Part shown: positions 62,471 through 64,000 of the stretch, in pieces | Position numbering within the stretch: position 1 is the first letter of the stretch | Layout: the number at the start of each line of letters is the position of its first letter | Notes under the pieces: generated by a model | What the model was told of the DNA's origin: nothing | The model's input: only the letters and a program-made list of their open reading frames with translations | Databases searched by the model: none | Made by a program: the position numbers and the translations under genes | Source: Cyanobacteriota bacterium | GTDB lineage: Bacteria > Cyanobacteriota > Cyanobacteriia > PCC-6307 > Cyanobiaceae | NCBI GenBank assembly: GCA_046052125.1 | Contig: JBJOMY010000002.1 | Coordinates: forward strand, 1-64,000 | Reading direction: 5' to 3' | Length of the DNA stretch: 64,000 nucleotides

Positions 62471-64000
62471 TCAAACCGCCAGAGCGATCGGACTGAAGCA
62501 CAGCCGCCCCTCCGCCTCCACCAGGCTCACCTGCACAGCAGATGCGCCGACAAAGCGCTCCTCTAGGAGTTCGGTGGCGAGCGGATTCTCGATGCTGCGC
62601 CGCAACAGGCGCCGCAGCGGGCGAGCGCCGTATTCGGGCTCGTAGCCCTGCTGGGCCAGCCAGGGCACCACAGGCTCATCCACCTGCAGCTCCAACCCCT
62701 GCTCCCGCAGCAATGCACCCAGTTCCGCCAGCTGCAGATGCACAATCCGCTGCAGCTCCTCAGGCCCAAGCGGCTTGAAGCGGATCACCTCATCAATGCG
62801 GTTGAGGAACTCCGGCCGGAACTGGCTGGCCAGGGCCTGCTCCACCTGCTGCTCCAGCGCAGCGGGGTCGGCGCCACTGCGAGCGTTGTCGAGGATGGCG
62901 CGGCTGGCGAGGTTGCTGGTCATCACCACCACCGTGTGGCGGAAATCCACGGTGCGGCCCTGGGAATCGGTGAGGCGCCCATCGTCGAGCACCTGCAGCA
63001 GCACGTTGAACACATCCGGGTGGGCCTTCTCCACTTCATCGAGCAGCAGCACCGCATAGGGGCGGCGGCGCACCGCCTCGGTGAGCTGACCGCCTTCCTC
63101 GTAGCCCACATAGCCCGGAGGAGCCCCGAGCAGGCGGGCCACGGCGTTGCGCTCCATGAATTCGCTCATGTCGAGCCGCACCAGCGCCTCCTCCTCATCG
63201 AAGAGCGCCGCCGCCAGGGCCTTGGCCAGCTCGGTTTTGCCCACGCCAGTGGGGCCGAGAAACAGGAACGAACCCACGGGCCGGCGCGGATCCTTCATGC
63301 CGGCCCGGGCGCGGCGGATCGCCGCGGCCACGGCCGCCACCGGCTCCCGCTGGCCAATCACCCGCTCGCCGAGCCGCTGCTCCAGCTCCAGCAATTTCTG
63401 GCGCTCGCCCGCCATCAGGCGCTGCACGGGAATCCCGGTCCAGCGGGCCACCACATCAGCGATGTCGCCCTCTTCCACCTGCTCGCGCAGCAACGACTGG
63501 CCCGCTCGCTGCTGCTCCTGCAGTTGCGCCTCCAGCTCGCTGCGGCGCTGTTGCACGCCATGGAGCTGGTCGTATTGCAAGCGGGCCGCCTCCTCCAGGT
63601 CGCCGTCGCGCTCGGCCTCGGCGATCTGCAGCCGCAGGCTCTCGTCGTCGGCCAGCAACTGCCGCAACTCCGCCAATTCCTCGCGCTCCCCCTGCCAGCG
63701 CTGCTGCAGCTCCTGGAGTTGGGCGCTGGCCTGGCGGCGCTGCTCCTGCAAGGCCACCCGCTCGGGCTCAGGTGCACTCTCCGCCGACAGCAACGCCAGT
63801 TCCACCCGCCGCAGCTCGCTTTCGGCCTCCTCCACGAGCCGCGGCTTGGAGGTGACCTCCATGCGCAGCTGGGCGGCGGCCTCATCGATCAGATCGATCG
63901 CCGAATCAGGCAAACAGCGATCGGCGATGTAGCGATCGGCCAGGCGCGCCGCGGCCACCACGGCTCCATCGGTGATTGCCACGCCGTGGTGCAGCTCGTA
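62471..64000 (-). CDS. clpB: ClpB-type chaperone, 5' end outside window
   Basis: M-domain coiled coil, GPTGVGKTEL, RLDMSE, APPGYVGY and GARPLRR. Confidence 0.92.
   Translation of the reverse strand, partial: YELHHGVAITDGAVVAAARLADRYIADRCLPDSAIDLIDEAAAQLRMEVTSKPRLVEEAESELRRVELALLSAESAPEPERVALQEQRRQASAQLQELQQRWQGEREELAELRQLLADDESLRLQIAEAERDGDLEEAARLQYDQLHGVQQRRSELEAQLQEQQRAGQSLLREQVEEGDIADVVARWTGIPVQRLMAGERQKLLELEQRLGERVIGQREPVAAVAAAIRRARAGMKDPRRPVGSFLFLGPTGVGKTELAKALAAALFDEEEALVRLDMSEFMERNAVARLLGAPPGYVGYEEGGQLTEAVRRRPYAVLLLDEVEKAHPDVFNVLLQVLDDGRLTDSQGRTVDFRHTVVVMTSNLASRAILDNARSGADPAALEQQVEQALASQFRPEFLNRIDEVIRFKPLGPEELQRIVHLQLAELGALLREQGLELQVDEPVVPWLAQQGYEPEYGARPLRRLLRRSIENPLATELLEERFVGASAVQVSLVEAEGRLCFSPIALAV

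Overview
High-GC picocyanobacterial chromosome segment (Synechococcus/Cyanobium-like; inferred from ndhH, the men cluster, pentapeptide, Nif11, Yfr2 and gene order). The first 17.2 kb is the 3' part of one giant type V autotransporter-like gene. It is open from base 2, encodes >5,700 aa, and has about 88 'QS(I/V)GGGGG' repeats and a C-terminal beta-barrel. The rest is mostly housekeeping: rsmH, ndhH, phylloquinone men genes, gshB/grxC, frameshifted prfB, ybeY operon, hisC, argS, nadC, mnmE, rel/spoT, rluD, ylqF, pgk, murG, cobD, pilMNOQ-like genes, pyrD, rnhA, rplKAJL, nusG, secE and a partial clpB. Less ordinary features: (i) an RluD pseudouridine synthase running in frame into a Nif11-leader-like peptide; (ii) a ~30-nt palindromic DNA motif with a covarying base pair, found inside apparent in-frame insertions of two unrelated genes in different reading frames; (iii) 7-unit and 10-unit super-repeats, a recent 831-bp-period duplication and a codon-usage switch in the giant gene; (iv) a proteobacterial-type OmpR/EnvZ pair divergent from a secreted EF-hand protein; (v) a low-GC tract across cobD-pilQ; (vi) a Yfr2 sRNA and an L10 leader. 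All calls are by eye; no searches were run.
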